In this document: positions 36,871-45,538 of the stretch, one piece after another | How the letters are laid out: every line of letters starts with the position of its first letter | Position numbering within the stretch: the stretch's first letter is position 1 | DNA from: a virus | Lineage: Duplodnaviria > Caudoviricetes | Length of the DNA stretch: 64,000 nt | Reading direction: 5' to 3' (one strand) | IMG/VR virus record: IMGVR_UViG_2869221657_000003 | Location: 1-64,000 of that record | Translations under genes and position numbers: made by a program | The notes under the pieces: model-generated | What the model saw: only the letters and a program-made list of their open reading frames with translations | Database searches by the model: none | Told to the model about the DNA's origin: nothing

Positions 36871-37652
36871 GCGCCAAGGTCCTAATCCTTGACATTGAGA
36901 CGCAGCGCGCCATTGTCGAGACGTTCGGCCTGTTTAAGCAGTTCATTGGCATTGACCAGGTGCAGACCCCTACGCGGGTGTTGTGCTTCGCCGCTAAGTG
37001 GCGTGACGACGACAAGGTGATCTTCAAGGCCGCTTGGGCGGACTATGACGACGATGCTTACCGGCGCATGATGCAAGCCGCTTTCGACCTGCTGAATGAA
37101 GCCGATATCGTGGTCACTTGGAATGGTGACCGGTTCGACCTGCAATGGTTTGAAGCCGAGTTCATTCGCCTGGGTCTGGGCCGCCCGCTTCCGTACAAGT
37201 CGATTGACTTGATTAAGACTGTTAGGCGCTGGTTTAAGGGTGGGCTTATGTCCATGAAACTTGACTGGTCGTCTCGCATGATCCTTAAGGATCGCAAGGT
37301 TCATCACGGCGGGTCCGATCTTTGGTGGGATATCCGGCATGGGACGCGGGCTGAGCAGCGCGCGGCGCAGAAGCTTATGCGTGAGTACAACGAACATGAT
37401 GTGGTTTTGACCGGTCGTTTGTTTGAACAGCATTTGCCGTGGTTGACGAACCTGAATTTGGCTTTGTATGAGGACACCGTTGATGACGGTGAGTTGCATT
37501 GCACTAAGTGCAATGGCACGAACTTGAAGAAAGACGGCGTTAAGGCGTATGTCACTGCTGCGGGTGTCTATCAGATGCATCGTTGTAATGACTGTGGCGC
37601 GACTTCGCGCGGTAAGCGTATTCGGAGCACTACTGAATTGAGGTCGGTGTGA
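36867..37652 (+). CDS. DEDD/RNase H-like exonuclease with Zn ribbon
   Basis: LDIET, WNGDRFD, YN.HDV, CTKC...CNDC. Confidence 0.8.
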   Translation: MSAKVLILDIETQRAIVETFGLFKQFIGIDQVQTPTRVLCFAAKWRDDDKVIFKAAWADYDDDAYRRMMQAAFDLLNEADIVVTWNGDRFDLQWFEAEFIRLGLGRPLPYKSIDLIKTVRRWFKGGLMSMKLDWSSRMILKDRKVHHGGSDLWWDIRHGTRAEQRAAQKLMREYNEHDVVLTGRLFEQHLPWLTNLNLALYEDTVDDGELHCTKCNGTNLKKDGVKAYVTAAGVYQMHRCNDCGATSRGKRIRSTTELRSV

Positions 37653-37942
37653 GTTCATGGGCATTGCCAGCTGATCCGTTGGCTAAGCCGAAGTGGAGTG
37701 GCGTTATTTACGCTAAGAATCATCCTGAGGGGGGCCGTATCCGTGAGGGGTTCGGCCTTGACGGGTGGTTGGTGACTACGCCTCGCGGCGGTAAGCATTT
37801 CGGTCGCGGGTTTGCGCCGGGTTCGATTGCACCGCGTCTGCTGCTAGTGGGAGACATTGATGTCTCCAAGGATTCGCTGCAAGCGTTGACCGTTCTTTGG
37901 TCCGACACGATGGTAACTGTTGGGCGGATCGGCACTGCGTAA
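37649..37942 (+). CDS. Hypothetical protein
   Basis: GTGA overlap. Confidence 0.4.
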   Translation: MSSWALPADPLAKPKWSGVIYAKNHPEGGRIREGFGLDGWLVTTPRGGKHFGRGFAPGSIAPRLLLVGDIDVSKDSLQALTVLWSDTMVTVGRIGTA

Positions 37943-38211
37943 TGAGCCAGAAGTTCGCTGTCTTAGCGGGGTCACTGGAGCGCGCTAAGGCGCTGTTCCG
38001 CGAGTTCGGCTGGGAGCAGGGTCACGATAGGGCTTTCGGGCGGTCTAAGTGGGGCGTGGATATTCGTGGGCAGAGGTTCGATTTGCTGCTGATTGATGAG
38101 ACCGCACTGCCGCTCGATGGCGATACGTTTGCCGCGTGCCGCGCGGCGGTCTGTGGTGGAAACGCTTATGTGTTGCGGACTGTTCAGCCTGGGGATTTAG
38201 TGGGGAGATAA
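37942..38211 (+). CDS. Hypothetical protein
   Basis: TAATG coupling. Confidence 0.45.
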   Translation: MSQKFAVLAGSLERAKALFREFGWEQGHDRAFGRSKWGVDIRGQRFDLLLIDETALPLDGDTFAACRAAVCGGNAYVLRTVQPGDLVGR

Positions 38212-38216
38212 AAGAG

Positions 38217-38402
38217 ATGAAGCCTGTTGCGCGGCCTAATGTGATGCGCCAAATGATTTTGGGTGCTCTGCTCGATAATAAGCAGGTGTTTGTTCCGCCT
38301 GCCGATAAGGACTCGGGATTGCCAGGGTCTTGGCGTCCTACTTTGGCTAACAATGTATCTGCTTTGAATGTGGATCGCATGGCCCGTCGTTGGATTAAGT
38401 AA
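38217..38402 (+). CDS. Hypothetical protein
   Basis: Operon packing. Confidence 0.4.
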   Translation: MKPVARPNVMRQMILGALLDNKQVFVPPADKDSGLPGSWRPTLANNVSALNVDRMARRWIK

Positions 38403-38745
38403 TGGGTAAGCCTGGGGATACTTCGCCGGGGCTTGCTGCGGCGGCCGGTTTCGGCATTGTGAGTGCTGGGCTTGAGTATGCGCGCGCTAAGGGCGATGAT
38501 CCTGGGCTTATTGATGAGCTTGAAGGTGTTCTGCTTATTCATGCTCGGCGGCTTGTGGATTTGGACGATGAGTAGGGACGCTGCGCGGGCTCGGCAAGAG
38601 TTGCGCCGTTCTAACGCGGCTGTCCCGCACCGTAACCGTTATCGAGAGGCTAAGGCTGGCTTGATCACGCCTGGTGGGAATCCGGTTTGCCTTGTTTGTG
38701 GCGATTGGTATGGCCCGCCTTGGCGGCATGATTGCGAGGTTGACG

Positions 38746-39165
38746 ATGCCGGGGAACCTCCGGAAGAAAGGTGCAACGGGCAAGACTGAGGCCGACTACC
38801 TGAGGGCTCGTCGCCGGGTGCTGCGTGAGTCGCAGATTTGCGCGTACCCGCCGTGCCGTAAGGCTATTGACCTGAACTTGAAGCCGATTTGTCAGTTCGT
38901 TGATACGTCACTGTTCACGGTTGAGACTGCGCATTTGATTCCGCTTACTTGTGGTGATGATTGCCGCAAGTTGAAGCACGCTCGTAAGTCTAATCCGTGG
39001 GGACCTTCGGCTAACCACAAAGTTCCGGTGTCTTCGTTGCCGCCGGATTCACCTTTGCTCGCCTCTGCTAAGAATCTTGAGCCTATGCATTTGAAGTGCA
39101 ATAAGGATTTGGGGGATGGCGGCGTTACGCCTAGACATAAAACCTCTAGAGATTGGTTTGCATGA
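38746..39165 (+). CDS. HNH endonuclease
   Basis: Y.RARRRVL...C...HKVPVS...NLEPMHLKCN. Confidence 0.7.
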   Translation: MPGNLRKKGATGKTEADYLRARRRVLRESQICAYPPCRKAIDLNLKPICQFVDTSLFTVETAHLIPLTCGDDCRKLKHARKSNPWGPSANHKVPVSSLPPDSPLLASAKNLEPMHLKCNKDLGDGGVTPRHKTSRDWFA

Positions 39166-39386
39166 TGTCTGATATCGCTCCGGATGATAAGGGGAACATC
39201 CTTGTCGGTGAGCTTCGGATCATTCAGTACGTTGACCCGGATGGGAATCTGAATACGGTGGATTTCTCGCAGGGGCATGGCGGTGCTGAGCTTACGGAGG
39301 ATCAGTATTCCAAGCTGATTGATTGGGCGCACGCGTTCAATTTGGCTCCTAAGGTGGCCGCGATTCTTGCGGGGTCTAGTGACTAG
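39162..39386 (+). CDS. Hypothetical protein
   Basis: ATGA overlap. Confidence 0.5.
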   Translation: MMSDIAPDDKGNILVGELRIIQYVDPDGNLNTVDFSQGHGGAELTEDQYSKLIDWAHAFNLAPKVAAILAGSSD

Positions 39387-39484
39387 CGAGGTTTATCAGT
39401 CTGAGGTTGAGTGCCGTTGTATGGATTGTGACGACATGATTCGTTTGGGTGATGAGGTTGTGGAGTTCGCGGGGGAGATGTTCC

Positions 39485-39829
39485 ATGCCGAGTGTGTTTA
39501 GTGAGCCTTTGCCGTCTGTGACGGAGAGTGAGCGTGCCAATGAGTTCATTGGGTGGGCTTACGAGGGCGGCTTTGACACCGCGCTTGAGATGTACCGCGA
39601 GCGCTATGGGGATGCACCGAACTATGCGGTGGACTCGCCGGATGGGGGGCACCTGGCGGCGATGACGTGGCTCAAGCGGGCTGTAGAGCTGCTGGAGGCT
39701 CGGGAAGCTGAGAAGCGCCGCACACCGTGCGCTAGTCCGACTGTGCGCCGCCAGGATGGCTGGAATGCGCCAGCGAGCACGCCGCGCAAGTTGTGCAGCG
39801 AGCCGATTGGGCTGCATGTCCGCGCCTGA
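39485..39829 (+). CDS. Hypothetical protein
   Basis: Operon orientation. Confidence 0.4.
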   Translation: MPSVFSEPLPSVTESERANEFIGWAYEGGFDTALEMYRERYGDAPNYAVDSPDGGHLAAMTWLKRAVELLEAREAEKRRTPCASPTVRRQDGWNAPASTPRKLCSEPIGLHVRA

Positions 39830-39837
39830 GTTTGTTA

Positions 39838-39921
39838 GGTCGTGTGGCGGAATTGGCAGACGCGCCAGCCTCAAAAGCTGGTGGGCTTACGCCCGTGTGA
39901 GTCCGAGTCTCACCACGACTA
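39838..39921 (+). tRNA. tRNA-Leu(CAA)
   Basis: Cloverleaf; CCAGC-CTCAAAA-GCTGG; long variable arm; T loop TCCGAGT. Confidence 0.85.
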
Positions 39922-39933
39922 CAACTGAATAGT

Positions 39934-40009
39934 GCTGCCTTAGCTCAGATGGTAGAGCAGCCGCCTCGTAAGCGGCAGGTCGGCGGTTCGATTCCGCCAG
40001 GCAGCTCCA
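39934..40009 (+). tRNA. tRNA-Thr(CGT)
   Basis: GCCGC-CTCGTAA-GCGGC; encoded CCA. Confidence 0.92.
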
Positions 40010-40010
40010 G

Positions 40011-40088
40011 CGCGGGGTGGTAGCAGTTAGGTAGCTTCGCGGCCTCATAAGCCGAAGGTCACAGGTTCAATTCCTGTTCCCGCGACCA
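40011..40088 (+). tRNA. tRNA with CAT anticodon (Met or Ile2)
   Basis: CGGC-CTCATAA-GCCG; C1-G72 paired; CCA. Confidence 0.85.
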
Positions 40089-40089
40089 T

Positions 40090-40164
40090 CTGGTTGTAGC
40101 TCAGCTTGGTTAGAGCGCTCGCTTTGGATGCGAGGGGTCGCATGTTCAAATCGTGCCAGCCAGA
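40090..40164 (+). tRNA. tRNA-Pro(TGG)
   Basis: CTCGC-TTTGGAT-GCGAG. Confidence 0.88.
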
Positions 40165-40178
40165 CACTAGGGGGTGTG

Positions 40179-40613
40179 GTGAAACGCTGCGGTAAATGCC
40201 AGCAGGAAAAGCCACACTCTGAGTTCAATAAAAATAAGTCAGCTAAAGATGGTCACCAGGGCCGGTGTCGGCCATGCCAGAAAATCACTGACCGGGCGCA
40301 CTATCACGGTAGCGACAAGCGAAAGCTGGCGGTGGCTGCTCAGCGAGTTGCGGCAATTGCTAAGGCTCGGGCGTACGTCGATGGGTGCCTAGCGGCGCAA
40401 CCATGCGTGGATTGCGGGGAGCGTGACCCTATCGTGCTTGAGTTTGATCATGTGCGGGGTGTTAAGCGAAACAACGTTTCGGAAATGGTGCTGGCCGGTT
40501 TCGCCGTCCAGACGATAGCTCTTGAGATTGCCAAGTGCGAGGTCCGGTGCGCCAATTGCCACCGACGTGTTACGCACGCCAGGCGATTGCAAGCGGCTCA
40601 ATTAGGAGGTTGA
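40179..40613 (+). CDS. HNH endonuclease inside tRNA cluster
   Basis: CGKC, CRPC, CVDCGE..LEFDH...CEVRCANCH. Confidence 0.8.
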   Translation: MKRCGKCQQEKPHSEFNKNKSAKDGHQGRCRPCQKITDRAHYHGSDKRKLAVAAQRVAAIAKARAYVDGCLAAQPCVDCGERDPIVLEFDHVRGVKRNNVSEMVLAGFAVQTIALEIAKCEVRCANCHRRVTHARRLQAAQLGG

Positions 40614-40614
40614 T

Positions 40615-40746
40615 ATGACTGATAAGGACCCGATTAAGGTCGCTAAGGACAAGCTGAATGTGGTTCAGGAGTTGCGTGATCGCAATGAGTGGCCTAAGGC
40701 TGAGGCTCCGGACCCGGCTGATTCTGCGGCGAAGGTCGGCAACTAG
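40615..40746 (+). CDS. Small hypothetical protein (43 aa)
   Basis: Strong RBS AGGAGGT; manual translation MTDKDPIKVAKDKLNVV... Confidence 0.5.
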   Translation: MTDKDPIKVAKDKLNVVQELRDRNEWPKAEAPDPADSAAKVGN

Positions 40747-40749
40747 TGA

Positions 40750-41098
40750 GTTTCAAGTCTTGTAGGGATCACCCTAGCCTTGTGGGCTAGTGGGCCTACC
40801 GGTTAGTCCCATCGACTGAACGGGACCGGTGAGGGAAACCACCGTTATAGCCAACCGCACAAAACTTGGGTCGGTGCAATAGCGGATCGTCAGCCGCGCA
40901 CACGACGCCTTTATAACCTAGGAACTGTAGCCCCTAAGTAAAGAGCGCTGACGGAAACCCATTCCGGGATGGGTAGCTACCCAGAGGACGGGTTATCAAC
41001 TCGCGTGGCCCTGCGGCGAATTGGGCTGTGTCGGCATGATGCATAATGCGGGCGCATATTCGTTAACCAGGGGCGAAGGTAAATAATCCCTGGTTCTT
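40750..41098 (+). ncRNA. Candidate structured ncRNA in tRNA cluster
   Basis: ORF-free 350 nt with many hairpins, GAAA tetraloop and long-range pairings. Confidence 0.45.
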
Positions 41099-41171
41099 AT
41101 CGCGCTAGCTCAATTGGTAGAGTCCCCGCCTCCAAAGCGGGTGGATGAGTGTTCAAATCATTCGTGCGGTG
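41099..41171 (+). tRNA. tRNA-Trp(CCA)
   Basis: CCCGC-CTCCAAA-GCGGG. Confidence 0.85.
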
Positions 41172-41227
41172 CTTTTAATGGTCATTCTATGGCCCATTAT
41201 GCGGGTGTCTGCATCTTTGCGACATAT

Positions 41228-41302
41228 GGCCCTCTAGCCCAACTGGCAGGAGGCGCGCGCCTTAGAAGCGCGACAGTGAGTGTTCGAATCACTCGGGGGC
41301 CA
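41228..41302 (+). tRNA. tRNA-Leu(TAG), short variable region
   Basis: CGCGC-CTTAGAA-GCGCG; variable region ACAGT. Confidence 0.82.
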
Positions 41303-41374
41303 CGCTAAGTAGCTTAGTGGTAAAGCTCCCGACTGTGACTCGGGCGTCGACTGTTCGATTCAGTCCTTAAGCCA
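41303..41374 (+). tRNA. tRNA-His(GTG), imperfect acceptor stem
   Basis: CCCGA-CTGTGAC-TCGGG; GCTAAG versus CTTAAGC. Confidence 0.7.
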
Positions 41375-41375
41375 C

Positions 41376-41449
41376 GCGCGGGTAGCTCAGTTGGTTAGAG
41401 CACTGCCCTGATAAGGCGGGGGTCCGGGGTTCAATTCCCTGCTTGCGTA
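41376..41449 (+). tRNA. tRNA-Ile(GAT)
   Basis: CTGCC-CTGATAA-GGCGG. Confidence 0.88.
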
Positions 41450-41516
41450 CGCGTTTATTTGTCAGTAGCGCGAGGTATTGACGTTTTATTGACCGGTAGC
41501 ACAATTAGGCGGGTAC

Positions 41517-41660
41517 ATGTCAGATAAGACGTTTTATCGGTTATGCACAGCGTGGGTGATCTTTATGGCCGTGCTGATTACGATTCCGGTGGCTACCGGG
41601 GTTGTTGGGGTGGTTTACCACTTGTTTGATCCGGATTGCCCAACGGTGATCTGCACTTAG
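41517..41660 (+). CDS. Small membrane protein (47 aa)
   Basis: Manual translation; one hydrophobic helix. Confidence 0.4.
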   Translation: MSDKTFYRLCTAWVIFMAVLITIPVATGVVGVVYHLFDPDCPTVICT

Positions 41661-41702
41661 ATATACACACACGTATTCAATGCTGGCTTACTTGGGGGTG
41701 GA

Positions 41703-42395
41703 GTGTCTAAGGTTCTTAGCCTGTATGGCACTCGTAGCTCACAGTTTTGGTCTGAGGCTCCGGCCAAGATGGACGCGTTGAATCTGCGTGCGATCTTCCC
41801 ATCGGATAACGCGTTCGGCTTCCCTGATCTGGAGCGGTGTGATTGGGTGCCTGATTATCTGGGTGCTTGGCATATGCCGCGTCAGCGTGAGCGTGCAGCT
41901 CGGGAGAACGGCGCTATTCATTTCTTTTTGGACGACTACCGCTTTGAGACTGCGTTTACGAGCCCTGAGAGGACCGTAGGCAGAGTTTTGGCGGTGGGTG
42001 GGGCACTGACCCCCGATTTCAGTTTGTGGCGTGACATGCCGCGTGCAGCGCAGATTTGGAACGTGTACCGGTCCCGTTGGTGTGGGGCGTTCTGGCAAGG
42101 CCAGGGCGTGAGGGTCATTCCTACTGTGTGCTGGGCTCGTCCGGACACGTACGACTTCTGCTTTGAGGGGTTGCCTCGCGGCGGCGTGGTGGCTGTGTCT
42201 GCGTTGGGTGTGCGTGCGACTGAGGAAGATCAGACGTGGTTCCAGATGGGGCTAAGTGAGATGGTGTCTCGGCTTGAGCCGGCGATTGTGCTTAGCTATG
42301 GGAAGTTGCGTTATGTGGAGGGTTTGGATTTGCCTGTGGTGAAAGAGTTTCCGACGTTTTGGGATGAGCGCCGTAAGGTGCTTAAGGGAGAGTAA
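41703..42395 (+). CDS. DUF4417 domain protein
   Basis: HFFLDDYRFE, LTPDFSL..DMP.A.QIWN.YRSRW.GA.WQ..G..VIPTV.W. Confidence 0.85.
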   Translation: MSKVLSLYGTRSSQFWSEAPAKMDALNLRAIFPSDNAFGFPDLERCDWVPDYLGAWHMPRQRERAARENGAIHFFLDDYRFETAFTSPERTVGRVLAVGGALTPDFSLWRDMPRAAQIWNVYRSRWCGAFWQGQGVRVIPTVCWARPDTYDFCFEGLPRGGVVAVSALGVRATEEDQTWFQMGLSEMVSRLEPAIVLSYGKLRYVEGLDLPVVKEFPTFWDERRKVLKGE

Positions 42396-42476
42396 AGCAG
42401 GCCGTTAGAGTGCCGACTAGTCTTGAAAACTAGGTGTCCCTGTGAGGGGACTGGGGGGCGGGTCCTCTGCTCTCCG
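42387..42476 (+). tRNA. tRNA-Ser(TGA), atypical T loop
   Basis: GGAGAGT/GCTCTCC; CTAGT-CTTGAAA-ACTAG; long variable arm. Confidence 0.7.
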
Positions 42477-42699
42477 CTTCTAGCTGGTGTTGCTGTTCTT
42501 TTACTTGGCCGATTCGGAAGGTGTAGCCGAGTATGGCGGCGATTAGCAGGAATGCTGCTAGGTGCCATGTTTCGAGCGTTACTGGTAGATACCAGAATGC
42601 GGTGGTGATGTCACCTTCCATTGTGGCTTTTCCCCCGGTTTCGGTTTTGTTTTCGCGTATGTTATCGCACCTGTGTGGTTCCTGCAAGGGTGCTGTGGT

Positions 42700-42775
42700 G
42701 CCGCTGTGGCTGAATGGTTAGGCTGCCGCCCGCAAAGCGGTTTATTCCGGTTCGATTCCGGGGGGGGGGGCGGCT
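42700..42775 (+). tRNA. tRNA-Cys(GCA), 3' acceptor strand obscured by G11 run
   Basis: GCCGC-CCGCAAA-GCGGT; T arm TCCGG-TTCGATT-CCGGG. Confidence 0.6.
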
Positions 42776-42787
42776 CTTTATTGACAT

Positions 42788-42860
42788 TGGCATGTAGCTC
42801 AATTGGCAGAGCACTAGATTGTTAATCTGGGGGATGCAGGTTCGACCCCTGCGATGTCAG
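42788..42860 (+). tRNA. tRNA-Asn(GTT)
   Basis: CTAGA-TTGTTAA-TCTGG. Confidence 0.85.
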
Positions 42861-42870
42861 CTTTAGAAAG

Positions 42871-42943
42871 TGCGCCCACTAGGGATCGAACCTAGGACCC
42901 GAAGATTAAAAGTCTCCTGCTCTACCAACTGAGCTATAGGCGC
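42871..42943 (-). tRNA. tRNA-Lys(TTT)
   Basis: Minus strand GCGCCTATAGCTCAGTTGGTAGAGCAGGAGACTTTTAATCTTC...GGGCGCA. Confidence 0.92.
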
Positions 42944-42954
42944 TTGCGGCACGA

Positions 42955-43302
42955 TCATACCCCCTGCGTTTCGGCCATCTCGTCGTAGGTGTCGAACAGC
43001 TCCGGCCAGTCATCTCCGGGCTGGAAGACGCTGCCGGGTAAGCGGTTCGTTACTACGGCTAGCCTCATGCCGATGTGCTCTATCCCTACGGTTGCAAGCC
43101 AGCCTGCGCAAGCCTGTTCCTTACCTTCGTCTGTCTTGTGGCAGGCGAAGATGGGTGAGCCTAAGGGGCGTTCGTGCCCGGCCTCTCCGGCGGTGCTGCG
43201 GAGCGCTTCGTAGCGTTCTGCGGGGAACTTGCCGGGTGGGGTGTCGCGCCGCCAGGGGCATTCGTTGCATGGGTAGCGCTTGTGCGGGAGTGATCCGGTC
43301 AT
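42955..43302 (-). CDS. DUF6283-like Cys-rich protein
   Basis: PCNECPWR..G.F...FACH...CAGWL; leaderless start. Confidence 0.65.
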   Translation of the reverse strand: MTGSLPHKRYPCNECPWRRDTPPGKFPAERYEALRSTAGEAGHERPLGSPIFACHKTDEGKEQACAGWLATVGIEHIGMRLAVVTNRLPGSVFQPGDDWPELFDTYDEMAETQGV

Positions 43303-43309
43303 GTCCTAT

Positions 43310-43338
43310 ACAGTACGGGAGCCGTACGCCTTTGTCAA
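43310..43338 (-). promoter_or_regulatory. SigA leaderless promoter with palindrome
   Basis: TTGACA-17-TACTGT-7-ATG; GTACG-N5-CGTAC 43313-43327. Confidence 0.75.
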
Positions 43339-43611
43339 CTACCTATTAGCCCAATAGCGCAATTCGATCTCTTTATCTTGGCACTTCTCGACTAAGGGCC
43401 TTAGGTCGGCTATCTCCTCGCGGAGAACTTCAATGACGATCTTTAGTTGGTCGAATTCGTGTGCTGCCTTGCGAATGTTTTGGGTGGCTTGCCACAAGGT
43501 CGGCCAGCTGCTTTGAACGTCCGACATCACGCGTCGGTGATAGTCGGGCTGGGGACCTTGATCGGTGATCGCGGCCTCTAGCTGCTCTAATGCCGCCTTA
43601 AGGTCACTCAT
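43339..43611 (-). CDS. Hypothetical protein
   Basis: Leftward operon. Confidence 0.5.
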   Translation of the reverse strand: MSDLKAALEQLEAAITDQGPQPDYHRRVMSDVQSSWPTLWQATQNIRKAAHEFDQLKIVIEVLREEIADLRPLVEKCQDKEIELRYWANR

Positions 43612-43937
43612 TCCTGCACCACCCAATGAATGCGAGCCGCTAACAGTTCCGGCTTATCCTCGCGGCCAAGTTCCGCATAACGGATAACCAGGTGGTTGTA
43701 GAAGCCGCGCACTTCATCCTCATTCCGGGATATGGACGATATGCGGGGTTCAAAGCCCTTTTCGGACCAACGCACGGCCCAGATCGGCCCGCCCGCGTAG
43801 ACACCGGCCACGCCGGTTGTGCTGCCGGGCTTGTGCTTGTCTTTGCATTCCTGGCACCAGCCGCCCCTTAGTAGGGACTTGCCGCCAATCTGGCACTTAA
43901 TGCAAATGCCTACGCCTATAGGCTTAGCCTTAGTCAT
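43608..43937 (-). CDS. Hypothetical Zn-binding protein
   Basis: CIKC...CQEC. Confidence 0.45.
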   Translation of the reverse strand: MTKAKPIGVGICIKCQIGGKSLLRGGWCQECKDKHKPGSTTGVAGVYAGGPIWAVRWSEKGFEPRISSISRNEDEVRGFYNHLVIRYAELGREDKPELLAARIHWVVQE

Positions 43938-44172
43938 CTTCGTTCCACCTTTCGCCCGCGTACGTTGGGTCAAACCAACTTGGCGGGGTGTCTGTGTCGG
44001 GGTACTGCTGGCGGATCGCGTCGATGCGTGGCTGGACCCGTTCGACGTATGTGCCGTAGTGGCGTGTGCAGCGGGGGTACAGCTCGCCGCTGCCTGATAG
44101 GGCTTCGTAGCGGTTCACCGGCCCCTGGCATGGCCCGTACTCGTCAATGTGGGCGTCTACGCAGTTGTCCAC
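43930..44172 (-). CDS. Hypothetical phage protein
   Basis: C.GPV..YEALSGSG..YPRC; P.WFDP.YAGERW. Confidence 0.6.
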   Translation of the reverse strand: MDNCVDAHIDEYGPCQGPVNRYEALSGSGELYPRCTRHYGTYVERVQPRIDAIRQQYPDTDTPPSWFDPTYAGERWNEDD

Positions 44173-44201
44173 GGTCTAGCACCTTTCGTCACTGTGACAG
44201 A

Positions 44202-45062
44202 TTAGGCTGCGTCGGCCTTGACCAGGCCCAGCTGCTTCAACACGGCTGGCACAAACTTCCCGGCCTGACTGTCGCTTGAAATGACTGGGATGTAAATCGA
44301 GTATGGGGGAAAGTCGTCCATGTCTTGAGCGGCGTGGACGGGCATACCGTAGCTGCCGCTGTGCGCGATGCCGCAGGCCCTACGCACTTCGCTTGAGTGG
44401 TTGTGCATTGCGTTGAAGATGTGACTCCGCAGGAATGACGGGTGAGTCAGTGCGTACATGAACATGCCCACGTCGAACGGTTCACCGGCCCGCTTGAGCT
44501 TAACGGCGGTGCGAGCCCAAACCTTTGTGCCGCCGCGAGAGCCCCGGACGTGATTGTCCGCCCAGATTTCAGCTTGCAGGCCGCATGTCTCGATGGCTTC
44601 AACTAGCGCCATCATTGACTGGCCGTTCTTCTTAATGGCGTCAGCGCTAATGCCGCAGTTGTACGAGATATTCATAATGAGTGTGACGATGTTGGACTTG
44701 CCGGGTTCGTCGGTGGGGAAGTACGTCACCATGCATTCGGGGGTGCCGTCCACGAATCGGCCCATGTCTACGAATGACCCGCTGGTGTCGTAGAACTCGT
44801 CAAAGACTGGCCGGATGAGGTCGCCAGCGACGTGTGAGACGTGATCGTGTGCGAGGTTGATTGCTTCAACGCCGTCTCGCGGTAGACCCCGGCGGGCCAT
44901 AGCGTCGGCTTCTTTCATGTTGGCGGCACCGTAGAACGTGCTGTTCATTGCCGCGCTGCGGTGGTCGTGCTCGCGGTTATGGTCGATTAGCTCGGTGAAC
45001 GATTCAAACATGACAACTGAGCGGTTGCGTCCGTCTTCCTCTACCCGCCTGTCAACGCGCAT
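44202..45062 (-). CDS. vWA-like partner of MoxR AAA, paralogue 1
   Basis: G..VDMGRFVDGTPECM; A.VKLKRAGEP. Confidence 0.6.
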   Translation of the reverse strand: MRVDRRVEEDGRNRSVVMFESFTELIDHNREHDHRSAAMNSTFYGAANMKEADAMARRGLPRDGVEAINLAHDHVSHVAGDLIRPVFDEFYDTSGSFVDMGRFVDGTPECMVTYFPTDEPGKSNIVTLIMNISYNCGISADAIKKNGQSMMALVEAIETCGLQAEIWADNHVRGSRGGTKVWARTAVKLKRAGEPFDVGMFMYALTHPSFLRSHIFNAMHNHSSEVRRACGIAHSGSYGMPVHAAQDMDDFPPYSIYIPVISSDSQAGKFVPAVLKQLGLVKADAA

Positions 45063-45124
45063 GGTTAAGCCACCTTAGAGTTTTTGGAATAAGTTTTGTT
45101 TAGGAGAGGGAAACGGAGAGGCGA

Positions 45125-45502
45125 CTATTCGCCGCCCCTCCGTTCCACTATCTCGATCACCTTGTCAAGAACGGGCAGGGTGTCCCCGTTCCTGTCTGCG
45201 CCACCAGTCACCACAACCACGCCGCAGAGGCGATCAATGCCGACAGCATCAGGGTTCAGAGCCCACCAAAGGGCTGTGGCCTGCGTGTTTATCGGCTGGG
45301 ATTGAAGTTTACCGTGTTCACCAAGCATGAACGCGACATCTGCCCGTTCGGCGTTCGCGTCGGTCCATCCGTAGACGGCCTCAAGGTCGTCACCGATTGT
45401 GCTGCGCATGAACCGGTACAGGTCCATATCGTCGCCGGGCACGGCCACGACTTCGTGTGTACGGTCCGTCTTGAGGACCAAGACTTTGGTTTCGCTGCTC
45501 AT
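45125..45502 (-). CDS. DUF3846-like protein
   Basis: GEHGKLQSQPIN..AT..L.G.VVVTGG; leaderless. Confidence 0.6.
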   Translation of the reverse strand: MSSETKVLVLKTDRTHEVVAVPGDDMDLYRFMRSTIGDDLEAVYGWTDANAERADVAFMLGEHGKLQSQPINTQATALWWALNPDAVGIDRLCGVVVVTGGADRNGDTLPVLDKVIEIVERRGGE

Positions 45503-45509
45503 GTCACCT

Positions 45510-45538
45510 ACAGTACGTCAGCCGTACGCTGATGTCAA
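45510..45538 (-). promoter_or_regulatory. SigA leaderless promoter with palindrome
   Basis: TTGACA-17-TACTGT-7-ATG; palindrome 45513-45527. Confidence 0.75.

Noticed and set aside
42516-42620. tRNA-like gene bounded by GGAAGGT/ACCTTCCA
   Set aside because: No recognisable anticodon or T arm; the region may instead encode a small minus-strand membrane ORF (42430-42622), which is itself weakly supported.
42760-42770. G11 run as a phase-variation tract
   Set aside because: It lies in the tRNA-Cys 3' strand and is more likely a homopolymer sequencing or assembly error.
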